Positions 38,997 to 52,825 of a stretch of DNA of 64,000 nucleotides are shown here, one piece after another; the first letter of the stretch is position 1, and the number at the start of each line of letters is the position of its first letter. The notes beneath the pieces were generated by a model. The model ran no database searches. It worked only from the letters and a program-made list of their open reading frames with translations, and was not told the DNA's origin. The stretch comes from Camelus dromedarius. Its lineage: Eukaryota. The position numbers and the translations under genes were made by a program. Location of the stretch: positions 110,176,001 to 110,240,000 of the forward strand of contig NC_087437.1 of assembly GCF_036321535.1 (NCBI RefSeq), written 5' to 3'.

Positions 38997-39855
38997 ATTT
39001 TAATAGTTTTATTGAGGTGCAACTGATAAGCAAAAAATTGCACATATTTAAAGCACTATATACAGTTTGATGCGTTTTGACATACGACTGTACTTGTGAC
39101 ACTGTCACCACAATCAAGGTAATAAGTGTATATGTCACCCCAAAAGATTCCTCCTGCCCTTTTGTTTTTTTTCTTACTGTTATGGAGGTAAGAACAATTC
39201 GCATGAGAGCTCCACTTCTAACAAATTGTTAAGTGCACAATACCGTATTGTTAACTATAGACACAATGCAGTACAGCAGATCTCTGGAACTTACTCACCT
39301 TGTGCAACTGAAACTTTATACAATTTGAACAGCGACTCCTCATTTCCCTTTCCCCCAGCCCTTGTCTAACACCATTCTACTCTCTGTTTCCTGAGTTTGA
39401 CTATTTTAAATGCCTTGTGTAAGAAAAATTATGCACTATTTTTCCTTCTGTGACTGACTTATTGCACTTAGCAAAATGTCCTCCAGATTCATCTATGTTG
39501 TCACAAAGGCAGAATTGACTTCTTTTTTAGGGCTGAATAATATATTCCATTGTATGTCTAGGCCACATTTTTTTAATCCACTCATCCAGCAGTAGACATT
39601 TGGATTGCTTCCATGTCTTGGCTATCACAATGCTGCATTGAACATGGGAGTGCAGGCATCTCTTTCAGATCCTGATTCAATTCTTGTGACTATATACCTA
39701 AATATATGCCCAGAAGTGGAATTGGTTCTTATGTTAGTTCTATGTTTAAGTTTTTGAATAATTGCCATACCTTTTTTCCCATAGTGGCTACATGATTTTA
39801 CATTTCCACCAACAGTGGACAACTGTTCCAATTTCTCCACGTCCTTTTAATACCT
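38997..39855 (-). mobile_element. Older L1 (L1MA/MB-type) 3' end
   Basis: TTTTATTGAGGTGCAACTGA... and antisense ORF2 end (ORF 39625..39840 ends DACTPMFNAAL). Confidence 0.85.
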
Positions 39856-40495
39856 AGTAAGAAAAATGAACATGTTAAGTCAATGTTTCATTCTATAACA
39901 AGACTGCAATTTCCCTAGAAATAACAAAGTAACAAAATTTCACATTAAAGTACGGGTGCCTTTATGGCATTTGAATATAAAATGTGTCAGTCTATCCATT
40001 ATGAAGCATTGAAAGAATATTTTTTCTTGGGGAGAGAAATCATATAAAAAATACATAAGCATTTTGACAGAATTCTTACTTTAGTTAAAGTATCTGCCCA
40101 TGAACCTATAAATCCACATGAGGAGTCAGCATTCTTTAGAAATTGCATAAAACCTGGTCAAGGAATTTTCACTAGTTTGATGCAGGTTTGAAAATATAGC
40201 AATTATTTATTATTTGAGTCATATGGTTCTATTGTGAGAATCCTGACCTGAAAGATTAAAAAAAAAAAAAAAATCTAGCCTGTGAGAGTCTCTTTGCCTT
40301 AAAAAAAAAACAAAAAAAAAGACTTAAAGAATTTTTCTTATGTAAATTAGCATGAATTAATGAGTTCAGCACCTCCCTGTGGCTTGTCCCACCCACCACT
40401 GAAGGTGTATAAAAGGCCCTGGGAAGGGTGACATTCAGACTTGAATGAGGACACTGGCTTCCTGACTCTCAATTGAACCTTCAACTCCTGACACT

Positions 40496-40633
40496 ATGTA
40501 CTGCTAAGGCAGCTATTATGGTGGCCTGGGCTGTGGCTATGGCTGTGGCTACGGCCATGGCTATGGCGGGTGCAGGTTTGGCTGCTGTCACCCAACTTGC
40601 TGTGTCAGATATTGGCTCTATGGATTCTACTGA
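40496..40633 (+). pseudogene. KRTAP20-like pseudogene with nonsense codon 4
   Basis: [47 protein letters not shown] at 40505-40507; TATAAAA 40408-40414 and AATAAA 40905-40910 intact. Confidence 0.88.
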
Positions 40634-41434
40634 GAAATTTCTGGAGACACTCCAGGACTCTCATGTGTCCTGACTCCAGTTTCTGAGTCCTCCTTGTTAT
40701 GAAATAGTGATTGTCTCATTCTGGGCTACTTGGGAAGGAGAGACTGGTCTAAATTCTACATCCATCATCTCAGTTCAGTAAAATCACCTGGAATGTCTTC
40801 CTTTATAACAGAAAATGTGTCTCCTGTGGCTGCATTACAATTATTACTCTGCATATGTATTAGTTCAACATCCTTCATGTGAGAAAAAATTTATTTCAAT
40901 TTTGAATAAAATCTTCTGTACTGACAATATTGCATGTCTATCGTTACTTTTGTTGTGTCTGTTGCACGCACCTGTGTGAGAGTACTGTTGTGACAGAAAC
41001 ACTGCCTTTCTTCCTGTGCAAAAAATTCTAAGCCTAAGAATAAGTTATTTCTAAATGTAACTTGCTTTTGATGAATCTGTACTCACTGCACTCATCTACC
41101 CCTAATCATACTAAAAGAGCAGCCCATACACTAAGTTTCATTAATGAATAAAACCCTACAACAGTATTCTTATTTCTCATCATCATATTCTATGTACTTT
41201 GGCTATTTCTTTAGATCACACATTTGGATATTTAGGATTGCGCTTTTTGGTGGTTGTACTTGGATATTCTGCTTTACATTCTTTAAATTACCCTCCATAT
41301 CCCATATCTGGGTGATGGTAGCACACACAGTTAGTCTGCACATCATTTTTGTCTTTGAGAATCTCTAGAAAGTGCCATCCCATTACCACTTCTGTGCGTC
41401 AGGCATTAGAAATTGGGAGTGGATATAACTAACT

Positions 41435-41511
41435 GGGCTGGGTATAGCTCAGTGGTAGAGCACATGCTTAGCATGCACGAAGTCCTGGGCTCAATCTCCT
41501 GTATCTCCATT

Positions 41512-41517
<6 letters not shown>
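41435..41517 (+). mobile_element. tRNA-derived SINE (resembles camelid Vic-1 type)
   Basis: GGGTATAGCTCAGTGGTAGAG (A box)...GGGCTCAATCTC (B-box-like)...CTCCATTAAAAAA tail. Confidence 0.85.
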
Positions 41518-41856
<339 letters not shown>

Positions 41857-43067
41857 TTAGACCACTGCTTTTGTGGAACAGTAATTTCGAATTTTATATT
41901 TTCAATGTCTCTTTTGAAGATATCAAATTTATTTTTGTATTGAGTACAACTTTCCTCCAGACTCTATCAGAAAAAAATCAAAAAAAAAAAAATCAAAATA
42001 ATGTAATTTCAACATCAGTCTGTTGCAGAGTCATTTTGACTTAACATTTTGTGTCATTTTGACCTTCATTTGAAATTATAAACTTCCCCCCCAATTATTT
42101 TAAAGGCCAGCCACTTAATCAATATGAAATATCAACATGCTGCATTTTGCAGGTATTATTATTCTTTAAAAATAATATACATGGCTAAGCAATTCTTTGA
42201 GAATTGCAAATTTATATTAATTAATTTTTAAGCTGGGTTATAAGATTAAATAAGGACATTTATGGTTTATCATAAAGTATTAGAAGCCATGTCACATTTT
42301 CTCAATATGTAAAATATTTTCATCTATATATCCCTCTGGTTTAATGGAATTTTCTCAAATGGCTTCCTAAAAATACCATAGCCTATGTTATGAGAGAAAA
42401 ATCAAATAATGCTAAGGACACATAACACCAGTGATAGAATTTACATGTAGCTTCCAGTACCTACAAAAGTGCCTGGCAGTAGTAAGAATTCAAATTCTTA
42501 TTTTTGTTTCCAGGGTTTTTTAAATGAATAAACAGAAAATAAGTTAATTCATGAATAAGGCTGACAATTATTTGTTAATATTTTATATGACTTTTTAAAA
42601 GCTTTAAAATTAAGAGCATATTAAAAAGCATAGCTATTCAGATGTATACACACCTGTCTCTCTCCAGAGCCTCAATTCCCAAATAATTCTATTTTGTCCA
42701 ACTGGTATTGTTCATACTTATCCAAGAGCAAGCTCAGAGGGGAAAATGAAGTTAGTAGCAGTAGAAGGTTTGTACTCCACCATCCTTTATCTTACTTTCC
42801 TATGGACATGAATACCTGGAAGACAAAATGATATCAGATCACCCTCTGATGGTTCTGAAAGGAGAATTGGATTGTGTGCTTAAAATTGCCTAACAAAATA
42901 AGACAAAACTAGGTTTTTATGCATAATTAGAAAAAGTCATCAATTCTCTCATATATTCATGATACCCTTCTTAAGTGATACTGTGTGCCCACCATTGCTT
43001 CAGTAGATTTCAGCCAAGTAGACACATACAATGTCTTGGTGGTGGTGGTGGTGGTAGTGGTGGTTTG

Positions 43068-43146
43068 TTTTTAATGGAGGTACTGAGAATTGAACCCAGG
43101 ACCTCATGCATGTTAAGCATGAACTCTACCCCTGAGTTATACCCCC
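43068..43146 (-). mobile_element. tRNA-derived SINE, same family as 41435-41517
   Basis: Reverse complement GGGGGTATAACTCAGGGGTAGAGTTCATGCTTAACATGCATGAGGTCCTGGGTTCAATTCTCAGTACCTCCATTAAAA; (GGT)n tract adjacent to tail. Confidence 0.88.
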
Positions 43147-44335
43147 ACCACCATACCCCTTTTTGGTTCACACTTGGATCCAACCAATGTAGACAAAAAA
43201 AAAGCTTCAACTCAGTTATAAAAATTAAACATTCATTTAAACACAAAAACCTGGAGCATGTTCTTCTATAAACAGGAAATGTTTCTCTATATGCACTAAG
43301 AACAACAACCATTTGATTGCCAAGCATAACAACATCTGTACTATGATACAAATGCCCCCTTGCTACTGTTCAGTTAATTTGTATATGCATTTTTCAGAGG
43401 CTCTCCAGCAAAATAAACAGAGCAAAAGAAACCCTAAGCAACTAAAAGTGATGAGGAAGGAGGACAGAAGAGAAAACAACTTCACCAACACCATTAAACT
43501 GAGCTTTCCTCATTTTCCACATCTATGTCAGTAAGATTTGATCACACTATGACAGATGAATGCATAAAATGCCATCAGTTTCTAAAATAAATAGATCAAA
43601 AAATCTCTGAATGTGGAACCATGATACATTAATGGAAAATAATATAAAATAAATGTTAAATGGTCAGAGTCATGGGTAAATGGTCAACTTCACAAAATAT
43701 GATCAAACACAGACATTGAAAATTAATATAAATATAATGAAAGAGGAGGTGTCTTTATAATAGGATAGAAGTGTATTTGTAGTTAACCAAACAGTCAATG
43801 CCATTAATCAGTGAGAAACATTATTTTGGGGTGAAGAATCTTTTGCTCCAGCTGAAAACAATTCTTAAAATTTATAGACATGTGGCTTCAAGTAACCTTC
43901 TTCTTCCAACCATCCACTGCATATCTGATTATGTAGTGAAAGTTAATATTCCTCAAATAAAAACAAGGAAAAAATCCAATGAGGTCTTATATATTCGTGG
44001 AATTACATGGAGCCTGATCCAAGATATTAAATATATATTTTATGTAGTTCACATAGAGTGGAAAAGACTGTTCAAAATAGAATAGAACCTTCCTAATCTT
44101 AAGAGTCCAGGCATCGTAACTATGTAATCATAGCTTGAGGAACTCACTTCACATAATGAAGAAATAAGATTCAAGAGAAGCTCTACTGTAAATTAATCTG
44201 AAATACGAGGTCAATATTGTTTGTGGTTAGTCCCATCTGCTATTTACTTTGTATAAATCTTTTGCAGGTGGTGACACTCAGACTCAAGAAACTTATTTCC
44301 TGGTCCTCAATTGAACCTTCCCCCCTTCTAACAAC

Positions 44336-44395
44336 ATGCTACTGCAGCAGCTACTGTGGTGGCCTGGGCGACAGGTATGGTGGTCTGAGATGTAA
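44336..44395 (+). pseudogene. HGT-KRTAP pseudogene fragment (5' part only)
   Basis: Family 5'UTR (GGTGACACTCAGACTCAAGAAAC...CTCAATTGAACCT). ATG is out of frame with CYCSSYCGGLGDRYGGLRC, then similarity stops at an old L1-like sequence. Confidence 0.75.
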
Positions 44396-44399
44396 TGAC

Positions 44400-45245
44400 A
44401 GACGTTCAAAAATCAATATTTTAGAACTACTAGTAATAATGGGTCTAAGTAGCATCATCAGGGGCAGAAATTAGTAAATGAAAACTGATGAGGAAAATTG
44501 TAACATGAACCCAATTAATAATCCCAGCATTACTAAATGTGAAGCAATAAGACAATCAAATACCATATGCCTCCTAATATTATAATAAAGAAAGTACACA
44601 AAGCACCTATAAAGTATTTTTCTTGTCAAAAATAAGGAGAATGACCAGAATTACATCAACCCTTTATATCTACCTGCCAGGGCACAAATGGTATAATGAA
44701 CAGAGGAATATATGAAAAGAAAAACCAGGAAGACATCAGCCATATCCAAAATTTAAGAATTCTACAGAATAATAATATTGTTTATTCAAAAGTATGTTTT
44801 AAAAAAATCACTGGAGACTATTATATATTTTTAAAGAGTTTAGAGACATTATGTCTAAATGTAATGAGTCCCAGTGCAAAAAAAAAATGACTTTAAAAAT
44901 ATATTTGTGAATCAATCAAGGAAATTTGAGCATGATTAAGATTAGAGGATGCTAAGAAAACTTCTAAAAAATTTCATCTGTTGATAATGATATTGTAGAT
45001 ATGGAAATGTTTTTAAACTGATTTTGTGACCGAGATACACACTGCAGAAAAGTGATATTTGTCTTGGATTTGTTTTAAAATATTCATCAAAAATAACAAC
45101 TATGAAAAGTATACAGGAAGAGAAGGAACTGATGGTGGAATATTGACAGTTATTAAATCCTGAAGATGTGTTTGTGAAGTTTCAAAATACAATTCTATAT
45201 GCTTTTATGGCTGCATGAAATTTACTTATTAAAGTAAATAATAAA
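44400..45245 (+). mobile_element. Old L1 (L1MC-type) 3' end
   Basis: ATATGCCTCCTAAT...AGCACCTATAAAGTATTTT...AGAGACATTATGTCTAAATGTAATG resemble L1MC 3'UTR from recall. Confidence 0.55.
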
Positions 45246-45645
45246 TATGGAAAAGTTTATCTATTCTACTGAGTAAGCCCTATTGTTAAGAAAGTTATTT
45301 TTCACTCTGTAGAAGATCTGCACATAATATATGTGGAATTAATGATAGGCTTTTGAATGTCAACATTCTAGAAGCTAGTAAATGGTTAACTATATAAAAA
45401 CTAGTCAGATATTTTAAGCTAAATAAATGAAGGCTGAGTAAAGGTTTTAAAATAAGAATAACTAAAGCACATGAAAGGCACATGATTTGATCATAGGAAT
45501 GCTCACTCAAAAACAAAGTCATTTTGCTTACAAGAGTCTCACATTGTCTAATGAAACAAAGATTCAGGAAGTATGCTAGTGTAAATTAGTAGAAAATATG
45601 TGATCAACAAGTCCTGTGATGTGTCCCACCCACCACTGAGAAGCA

Positions 45646-45652
45646 TATAAAA
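45646..45652 (+). promoter_or_regulatory. TATA box of KRTAP20-2-like gene
   Basis: TATAAAA 85 bp upstream of ATG, preceded by CCCACCCACCACTGA. Confidence 0.85.
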
Positions 45653-45730
45653 GGGCATGTGCAGATGGTGATGTTCAAACTGAGGAAACAGATTCCCTGC
45701 ACCTCAATCAAATCCTCTACTCCTGAAACC

Positions 45731-45898
45731 ATGTGCTACTACGGCAACTACTATGGAGGTCTGGGTTATGGTTACGGTGGCCTGGGCTACAGTTATGGCT
45801 GTGGCTATGGTGGCCTAGGCTGTGGCTATGGCGGGTATGGATATGGCTGCTGCCGCCCATCTTGCTACAGAAGATACTGGTCCTATGGGTTCTACTGA
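45731..45898 (+). CDS. KRTAP20-2: Keratin-associated protein 20-2-like (55 aa)
   Basis: [67 protein letters not shown] at 46189-46194; paralog number tentative. Confidence 0.88.
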   Translation: MCYYGNYYGGLGYGYGGLGYSYGCGYGGLGCGYGGYGYGCCRPSCYRRYWSYGFY

Positions 45899-46302
45899 GA
45901 AATATTCAGGGAAACTCAACTGATCAGTCCACCTGGACTTCCACAATCTGTCTCCATGATTCTTCTTATTAATAATTCTATTGTCTATTCTAAATGTCAA
46001 CATCATCCTCAAGAATCTGAAAAAAAAAAAAAAAGGTTAGATTCTCTAAGCCTCATCTGGAGTAACCGAAATCATCTGGAATGTTTCATACTTTTTTTGA
46101 AAGCTTTTCTTTTGATATTGTATTGCCTTAAAAATTTCTTACATTTTTGATCAACAACTCTTACATGAGAAAAGTTTAAATTAATTTTAATAAACATTTA
46201 TCTGTTAAAATATTAATTTATTGCATTTAAGTTGATTTTTCTTCATCATTTGTGTATATATGCATATGTGCATGTGTTTTGGTGTGTTGGCAAATGGGGT
46301 GG

Positions 46303-46736
46303 TATGATGATTAATTTTATGTGTAAACTTGACTGAGTTCAGGGATGTCCAAAAAGCTGGTAAAACATTGTTTCTAGGTGTGTCTCCGAGGATGTTTCTG
46401 AAAGAGATTTGCATTTGAATCAGTAGACTGAGTATAGAAGATAGCCCTTACCAACGCAGGAGGGCATCATCCAATCCATTGAGGACCTGAATAGAACAAA
46501 AAGATGGGGGAAGGGCAAACTCTATTCTCTCTTCTTGAGCGGGAACATCCATCTTCATCTGCCCTTTGGCATCGGAACTCCTGATTCTCAGGCCTTTGGA
46601 CTGAATTTCACCCTCAGCTTTCCTGGTTCCCCATCTTCAGACAGCAGATCATGGGACTTTGTGGCTTCCATAATCATTCCAGTTCCCATAGTAAATTATC
46701 CATTGGTTCCGTTTCTTCTCTGGAGAACTCCAACAG
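46303..46736 (+). mobile_element. MLT2 (ERVL) solo LTR
   Basis: TATGATGATTAATTTTATGTGTAAACTTGACT...TTTCTTCTCTGGAGAACTC; homologous to 5117-5544. Confidence 0.88.
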
Positions 46737-46924
46737 AGTTGAGGAAGAAGAAAATATGAGCGAAAGAGAGAAATTGAAGTTTCCTTGTTATTTTCAGTCA
46801 CTGCTCCCTCTGTATGGCCAGCCTAAAATCTTAGCCTTGTGCTCTACATGTTCAAATGCTTTTGACTCGATGTTTTTTTTTCCCCATCACAACTATCAAC
46901 AGGCTTATAAGTTTAGGTCTGGTG

Positions 46925-47116
46925 CAGTGGTGTGTTGGAAACCATTCTTAAGAGGTAAAGAGGTAAAGAGTTCATGATTTGTGACATCGGCAGATTTCCA
47001 CAGTGTAAGTACTCTTACTGTTTCTGATATATAGCTACCAACAAGATGCCTCTAAATGCAGAGGTAAGCAGAATAGGCTGTCTGAGCTAATACAAGCTGG
47101 CTTATGGACACCATTG
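46925..47116. mobile_element. MER63-like hAT DNA transposon (MITE)
   Basis: Terminal inverted repeats CAGTGGTGT...ACACCATTG; internal TTTCCACAGTGTAAGTACTC...AGCTACCAAC. Confidence 0.7.
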
Positions 47117-48306
47117 GGTGTATCTGTCTGATATTCTAGTGCAGAACATTCCTCCAAGAGAGGTTCATTGATATCATCTCAATACAAAAATATTTAGCAC
47201 TGAGATTCACTTTATATTTTTATTTATAGACTTATGCACATATTTGTGTTTAATAATCCTGTTCTATCATTCAATTCTTAATTTTTAATGTCAGGTTTTC
47301 CTTTGAAGTCACAAAAATTCATTTTGCAACTCACTTCAAATTTCTACCATCCCCTTGATCCCAATGATAAATAATGAGAAATAATATTTTCTCTGATAAG
47401 ATATTCAACTGATAAAGTCTTATTTTAAATGGGAGATTTTTAAAAATTGAATTTGTAAGAAATTCTAGTACTTTGAACAAAAGATAAACTTATACCTATA
47501 TATATTTGAAATGTCAGCATTGCCAAAGGCTTTACAAAAGACCAACACACATAACCAAGCCAAAAACAATATTTTATAAATTATTTTTAGAAGCCCACAG
47601 TAAGCATAATAACACCATGTACAATTTCATGTATAATTTATTGGTTCCAAATTATGATAAATTATAACTCAGTATACATTAAAATATGTACATTCTATTT
47701 TTTCCTGAAGTCCATTTAGAAGAAATTTCCAAAAAAAATCCTCCTTCCATAATTTTTACAATTTAATCTTATGAATGAAAGAAGATAGTAATTCACTGCC
47801 TTAAAATATTACCAGATTGTAGTGGACAATAAATATTTGTTAAATGTGCTATATTTAATCATATTAAGAACTGTGTTGGCCACTCTGCTGGCAGAATCAA
47901 ATGTGACAGATATAAACAATATAAACTTTAAACAAAATAGAACAGTATTGCATTTTAATACACGAAAAAATACATCAACTCAAGGGTATTTGTATACCAT
48001 TTAGTGACACTCTGCAACTATTCATCTGATGCTGAATTTCACTTCATTACACAGTGTTGTGCTCTTTTTATTTGCAAAAACCTAAAAATGGTATAAGATT
48101 GATCCAGACTAAACTACCTTCAAATAAAATAAATTGGAATTACTTTTTAACACAAGTGAAAATTACATTACTACATTACACACAAAACTACATTAATTCA
48201 CCTGTGTATTAGTTGATGATATTTTATTTGAGTGATTGGTGCAAATTAAAAGGCAGCACTGCTTATGGCTTGTGCAATGAACAAGTGAGAGGCTTTAAAA
48301 GACCCT

Positions 48307-49091
48307 CCATGTCCACTTTCTGGAGTGTTTTGATCATAAATGGATGTTGAATTTTGTCAAAAGATTTTTTAGAATCTATCCAGATAATCATGTGGTTTTT
48401 ATTCTTCAGTTTGTTAGCGTGTTGTATTACATTGTTTGATGTGCCGATACTGAAAAATCCCAGCATCCCTGAGATAAATCTCACTTGGTCGTGGCGTGTG
48501 ATCCTTTTAATACATTGTTGAAGTTGGATTGCTAGTATTTTGTTGAGGTTTGCTGCAACTATGTTCATCAGTGATACTGGCCTGTAATTTTCTTTTTTTA
48601 TATCTTTGGTTTGGGTGTCAGGGTGATGCTGGCCTCATAGAATGAATTTGGAAGTGTTTCTTCCTCTGAAATTTTTTGGAATAGTTTGAGAAGAAAGGGT
48701 GTTAACTTTTCTCTAAACATTCAGTAGAATTTACTTGTGAACACATCTGGTCTCAGACTTTTGTTTGTTGGCAGTTATTTAATTACTGATTCAGTTTTAT
48801 TCCTGGTAATTAATCTGTTCATATTTTCTATTTCTTCCTGGTTCAGTCTTGGGAGAGTGTACCTTTCTTAGAAGTTGTCCATTTCTTCTAGATTGATCAT
48901 TTTACTGGCATATATTTGTTCATAGTAGTCTCTTACAATTCTTTTTATTTCTGTGGTATCAGCTATAACTTCTCCTTTCTCATTTCTTATTTTACATGCA
49001 TCCCAATGTTCATAGCAGCATTATTTATAATTACCAAGATATGAAAGCAATCTAAGTGTTCATCAACAGATGAATGGATAAAGGAGATGTG

Positions 49092-49127
<36 letters not shown>

Positions 49128-49577
49128 TGGAATACTACTCAGCCATAAAAAAACAATGAAAATTTGCCATTTGCAACAACATGGATGGACTTGGATGGCA
49201 TTACGTTAAACGACATGTCAGAGAGAGAAAGACAAATACTGTATGATATCACTTATATTTGTAATCTAAAAAATACAACAAACTAGTGAATATAACAAAA
49301 AAGAAATAAATTCACAGATACAGAGAACAAACTAGTAATTAGCAGTGGGGAGAGGAAATGTAGGAGGGGAAATACAGGGGTAGAGGAGCAAGAGGTACAA
49401 ACCATTAGGTATAAATTAAGCTACTAGGATATATTGTACAACATTGGGAATATAGCCAATATTTTATAATTTATAAAATAAAGAGTAGAACCTTTAAAAA
49501 TTGTGAATCACCATATTGTACACCTATAAAGTTTATAACATTGTACAACAACTATCCTTCTATTAAAAATAAATAAA
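48307..49577. mobile_element. L1 with 5' inversion (antisense ORF2 RT region 48307-48993; sense 3' end 48994-49577) and 11-bp TSD
   Basis: TAAAAGACCCT at 48296-48306 and 49578-49588; ORF 48263..48568(-) is RT-like (HDQVRFISG...[13 protein letters not shown]); (TG)n at ~49093-49126. Confidence 0.92.
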
Positions 49578-49645
49578 TAAAAGACCCTGAACCAGGCAGT
49601 TGGTGACATTCAACCTGAGGAATAGATTCTTCTATTTCTGTTGCC

Positions 49646-49739
49646 ATAAGCTGTAATGGCAAACTCCATGGCGCCGGGTCTCTGGCTATTGGCTGCTTAC
49701 CCTACAGCATAATATTCTGTTCCTATGAGCTCTATTTAG
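49646..49739 (+). pseudogene. Highly decayed HGT-KRTAP remnant
   Basis: Upstream family leader CAGTTGGTGACATTCAACCTGAGGAA; CCATAAGCTG (ATG to ATA); ends TTCCTATGAGCTCTATT, resembling TCCTATGGATTCTAC; 3'UTR start resembles ~61005. Confidence 0.55.
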
Positions 49740-52678
49740 GTCCTTCCTGAGCATCTCAACCCACTGGACTCCTCCTCTTGTGTTCCCTATCCCTACCTCC
49801 ATACTCCCATCAGACATGCCAACCTCATTCCTGACTATTAGGAAAAAAGTAATACATATTCAGCATTCCCCATTTTGATGAACCAAAACCAACAGGATGT
49901 CATAATTTATAGAAAACTTTCACTTCCATTTTGTATTAACATTATTTTCTTCAGCAATATTTATTTTATGTCATCCATGTAAGACCACAAAGTTCATGTT
50001 CATTAAAGTGTCTGTCCCTGTAATACTGCTTCATTGTATTTATATTAATTTCTCTCTATCATCATTTTTGCTTTTTTTAAATGTGTGTGTATGTGCTGCA
50101 TGTGAAAGAGTGGAACAGAGACAAAGATAGAAATGAGAAACAGGGGAAAAGAGAGACAGAGACAAAAGAAGAGCATTGTCTTTGGATGACTCCTAAGGTG
50201 TTGATGTACCTGGAAAGTCAAGGATCTGAACACCAGTTCTTTTTATCTTAGGCCACATGAAACCTGGGGTTTCATGTGAGTCAGCAGCCACTGTTACATC
50301 TGATCATACTATTGATTTACACTCAGATGCTATATTTTTAAATGACACTTTTGCCCAGCAAAATAGTCCTTTCTTCTATCACTACATTTAACAAGCCTTG
50401 CCTTAGTCTATTTTTTGATATGTAAGTTTAGGCAGAATTATTAAAAATCATGCCTCAGAAAGGAGATAATTTGCTCCTCTCATCTCACGTGCTTCTATTT
50501 ATACTCTGCACATCATGCAGAAAATAGTTCACAAAACACCCCATGTCTGATGGCTGCTGACTGACTCCTCATGTTTGAAGTTCAAATCCTCCAGGAGGGA
50601 TCTGCACACTGATCACCACCTCAGAAGGACAGTCTTCAATGCACTGAATCATTGCCTCCCTACTATATCACTGTTCCATATTTTTGTGGCTTCATATTTT
50701 TCCTTTGAAATTCCCAAAATGAATGTGCCCACTTACTCTATTTTTTCTTAATAAGCCCAATGACATTGGGAAATGGGAAAGAAATAACAGAATTTTGTGG
50801 AATATGGTATCAGTCAGGCAAAAGATGTTTTTGATTAAATTGACTTTCTATTACATATTCAAGAAATTACTATACTTTGCCTCAAAACCATTTAGGTATT
50901 ATATTTGAAAAGTAAACACTACCATTTATATTTTAGTTGACTAACATAGGTGCTAAGCATCATTTTGAAACCTGAAATTCTATCTCACGTATATGAAGAA
51001 ATGTGCAATATTTCAATAATGCCAGATAAACACTGGACCCAATGAAGAAAAATGATAACTTATTTTCCAGTTTCAAAGGAAAAGAAACTTATTTTATCTT
51101 TCTTTCATAATACGGAACGTTTTGCTAATGTCCTTTTGCCATTTCTAGTATCTCTTGCTATGGATGAGAAAGCCAATGATAAGAGGAGGGGACACAGGAC
51201 CAATAATAGATGCCACATAATACAGTGTCTTAAAAGTGATTGGCACATAGTTGTTAACAAATAAATAACAATTGAATGGTTGAAAGAGGCTGAAAACCTA
51301 TATGAATTTCTCTCTGAGGTTTCATATAATTCTAAATTAGAAGTATAAAGGAAAGCTGGATTCTTAATCATATCTATACACCCAACATTACTTTCAACAT
51401 TTGAGGATAACAAAAGTATATAAATGTCAGTGTTTTGGGGTCAGAGAAAATTTGGGTTCAGCAACTATAAGATCAGGGAGGAAGCTTCTCTTCTCATTAT
51501 GAAATCTCCCAAAAGCTATATTTTGATTGAAGATACAAAATTTATATTAATATCATAATAATATTTATATTAATATCACTTGTCAGAAGTCTTTTAACTG
51601 TAGTCTTAAATAGATTCAATTTGTTTTATGGAAATTATATTTAATAAAATTCAGTAAACATTTAAAACCTTTTAGAAAAAAAGAAAAGAAAGGAAAAACC
51701 CTGGAGCATAGTCTCCGCTGTGTGCTAGTTTGGTCTTTCCATGACTGGGGCCTTCTATCTGCATCAGTACTTCGCCCATGGGCTGAAAACTGAAGGACTG
51801 GAGAATGAATGCAGGAAACTCTTCACCTCTCTGATTCTGTCCACACAGATTTTCAGGATACATTCACGACTGTAAATCCAGGGCATCTGTAAAAGCAAAA
51901 ATGAGTCCTGGTTCAAAAGACATGAGAGTTGAAGATGGAGCACCAAACTTAACCTTGGTGTGTTTTATAGCTCTATCTACAGCACCTTCATCTGTGATAA
52001 CAAAAGGAAGCATAAAGCACAGGCAGTTTCTGCCCATAAAGTAGTAATACACTTTCTGGAAAGACCAAAGTAACACATACTAAAAGAGAGGTTCAAAAAT
52101 AAATGCCAAATACATTTATATACCATAGTAGCTTGCCACCATATTGCCCACAACATAACCAATAGCTAGTCACATTAAATTAGAAGGAAGTGTTTTATAA
52201 GAGTATATGAATATACATTATATCCTTCTTTTATGAACAAAATTCAAGAAGCATGTTCCTCTGGACAAGACTCATTTTAAAACCCTCCTTCTTAATGAAG
52301 GAATGAAAACAAAACAAAAAGTAGGATAGTTGTTTTCTTGTTTTACATCATACTATCTAATCACGTCATATTTATTTAACTAAATACATATAGAATGAGA
52401 CATAACTGAAAATAGAATAGTTTCATTTTAAAGGCCCATAAATTGATCATGGAATCTTGACGTAGGGGCAAAATTATAATTACGGGGCCTCATTTTGCCA
52501 CTAAAACAAGATATTTATGATGTTGTCAGAAGCAAATTAGTGAGATATAGGATGCTACTTTGCTGTGGTTTTATCCACCCACCACTGAGGGTATGTAAAA
52601 GGCACTTGGCAGACGGTGACATTCGGACTAAAGTTACCTACTTCTTGTTGCTCAATTGAACCTCCCACTCCTGACACC

Positions 52679-52825
52679 ATGTGTTACTACAGATACTATT
52701 ATGGTGGCCTGGATTATGGCTACAATGGCCTGGGATGTGGCTATGATTGTGGTTACATTGACTATGATTACAGGCATTGCCGCCCACTGTGCTGTGGAAG
52801 GTACTGGTCTCATGGCTTCTATTGA
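52679..52825 (+). CDS. Divergent KRTAP20-like ORF (48 aa), possibly decaying
   Basis: MCYYRYYYGGLDYGYNGLGCGYDCGYIDYDYRHCRPLCCGRYWSHGFY; ACCATG; TATA altered to TGTAAAA (52594-52600); 3'UTR cut by L1. Confidence 0.65.
   Translation: MCYYRYYYGGLDYGYNGLGCGYDCGYIDYDYRHCRPLCCGRYWSHGFY

Noticed and set aside
41435..41510. Possible tRNA gene (also 43068-43146)
   Set aside because: Degenerate stems, A-rich tail and two diverged copies indicate a SINE, not a functional tRNA
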